Shown here: positions 62,501-64,000 of the stretch, in pieces
How the letters are laid out: every line of letters begins with the position of its first letter
Numbering within the stretch: the first letter of the stretch is position 1
Source: Haliotis cracherodii
Lineage: Eukaryota
Length of the DNA stretch: 64,000 bases
Reading direction: 5' to 3'
NCBI RefSeq assembly: GCF_022045235.1
Contig: NW_027266297.1
Coordinates: 44,950,001 to 45,014,000, forward strand
The notes under the pieces: generated by a model
Databases searched by the model: none
Told to the model about the DNA's origin: nothing
What the model saw: the letters and a program-made list of their open reading frames with translations, nothing else
Position numbers and translations under genes: made by a program

Positions 62501-62812
62501 TAGTGGACCCGTTTAGTGAAGGACACTGGGTCAATTGTGCACTTTGTGATAAAAGCATGAAAGTTGACACAGTTGTAGGTGTATAGATATGCATTTCTTG
62601 CTTTTTCGGCAGATCTTTAAAACATCCTTCATGAAGGCCAATTAACTATACCCAATATGGTGAATACAATGACATCAACAGAATATTTAAAGAACAAAAT
62701 TCGTATCTATTGAAATATGCTGTAAGTGGCTAATGGTTTTGATTGGTAAGTGGCTATTTACTGTGATCACAGTTGCCACAAGATTTGCACAGTGGGGAAC
62801 CAATTATATATT

Positions 62813-63070
62813 ACCCGTGAAGATCCGGGGTAGAATAGGTCTTCAGCAACCTATGCTTGCCATTAAAGGCAATTAAGCTTGTCGTAAGAAGCGACTAGCG
62901 GGATCGGGTGCTCAGACTCGCTGATTTGGTTGTCATCGATCCCAATGGCGTGGATCGATGCTCATGATGTCAGTCACTGGATTGTCACGTCCACACACGA
63001 TTATTTACAGACCGCCGGCATGTAGCTGGAATTGGAGTCCGGCGTTAAACAACAAACAAACAAACAAACA
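62813..63070 (+). mobile_element. SINE (family 3), longest copy
   Basis: Central GCTTGTCGTAAGA(A/G)GCGACTA motif, 3' GGCGTTAAAC + (AAAC)n tail; several partial copies in the window. Confidence 0.8.
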
Positions 63071-63079
63071 GCTATCATT

Positions 63080-63700
63080 TGTGGCATAACACAGTCACGC
63101 CCTGCTCTGAATGCCCTCTCAGACTTACAACTACATCTCAGAAGCTCTAGGCATGACTTAGAGAAGAAGGTTGTGGTAGTGTAGTCCACAAAGGGTCGTA
63201 TTCATGACACTGTCAGATATTACCCATCCTCTTTCAGTTGGCCTCCAGACTTCGTCGCCCATAGGGGCCAGCTTGACGTGAGCTCTGGTACAGTGCAGCT
63301 GATGTAGAGGAATAGAATCAATTGATCTACCTTTCAACTCTTGTACAGATACTGGCCCAATGATGCAGTAAGACCACAAGACGCTGAATGACTGGCATCA
63401 TGTTCATCACATCCTGTTTGGTTGGTACATCATCAATGAGACATTTGATGAATCTAGCTAATTTCGAAGTTGTGGTAAATCTGGGCTAAGGTCATTCTGA
63501 AAACCATCAAGATTATTGCATCACATTGCTGAATGTAAGCTCAACCTACGAGCAGAGAATTCAGTCCACATAAATATCAGGGGTCTGAGTTGGTTTGGTG
63601 TAATCAGTTGTAAACAGTCTGGCCACAGAAAGAACATACACACAACGTCGCGGACGTACTGAGTGATATCAGGGTGTCTCAAAAGTCTTTGTAAAGTCTC
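63080..63700 (-). mobile_element. Degenerate DNA-transposon (Academ-like) transposase C-terminal remnant
   Basis: Fragments LHCTRAH...PTERGW and SKSCLELLRCSCK..RA..AG resemble the Cys-rich C-terminus of Academ transposases; frames are broken. Confidence 0.45.
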
Positions 63701-63744
63701 CTGGGATATATATAACATGCTCACTGGCCATGAACGACTGACCC

Positions 63745-63749
<5 letters not shown>

Positions 63750-63833
<84 letters not shown>
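63750..63833. repeat. (GT)n microsatellite
   Basis: Direct observation; similar tracts at 44081-44125 (GT), 23730-23810 (GA-rich) and 47840-47930 (ATT/ATC/GTT). Confidence 0.95.
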
Positions 63834-63835
<2 letters not shown>

Positions 63836-64000
63836 TGAACAGACATTGCGTCCATATGTATTGAATCCAGTTGTCATGGCAGGGTTAGATATTATGAAAG
63901 AATTTAGCACTTTTGTTAGTGAGTATACTCCAGCCTAACCTGTATACCTTCAGAGTCATGAAAATGTATATTTTGAACTGACAACTTAAACATTTCAGGT

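Overview
Eukaryotic (animal, probably molluscan/gastropod, inferred only from repeat families) genomic DNA, AT-rich, with two assembly gaps (32925-33060, 35283-35540). Its core is a head-to-tail cluster of five spliced minus-strand genes (A-E). Each encodes a ~200-aa single Reeler-domain protein (putative defense protein / FRRS1-reeler-like) with a signal peptide and, in B, C and D, a GPI-anchor-like C-terminus. All share a four-coding-exon structure with intron phases 1/0/2. A and B lie in a recent ~14-16 kb tandem duplication, C and D are older paralogues, and E is the most divergent. An orphan, inverted Reeler last exon runs into a 48-bp satellite. More than a quarter of the window is minisatellite, which produces nearly all of the long ORFs in the supplied track. 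The remainder holds three SINE families, a deleted mariner, nested AcademH-like elements, a 3.3-kb TIR element, hairpin MITEs and Crypton/Tc1/Academ/LINE remnants. Highlights: an 83-nt exon-2 tract encoding a CTKC (CxxC) loop that is almost nucleotide-identical in four diverged paralogues, and tandem amplification of both splice sites of intron 3 in gene D.
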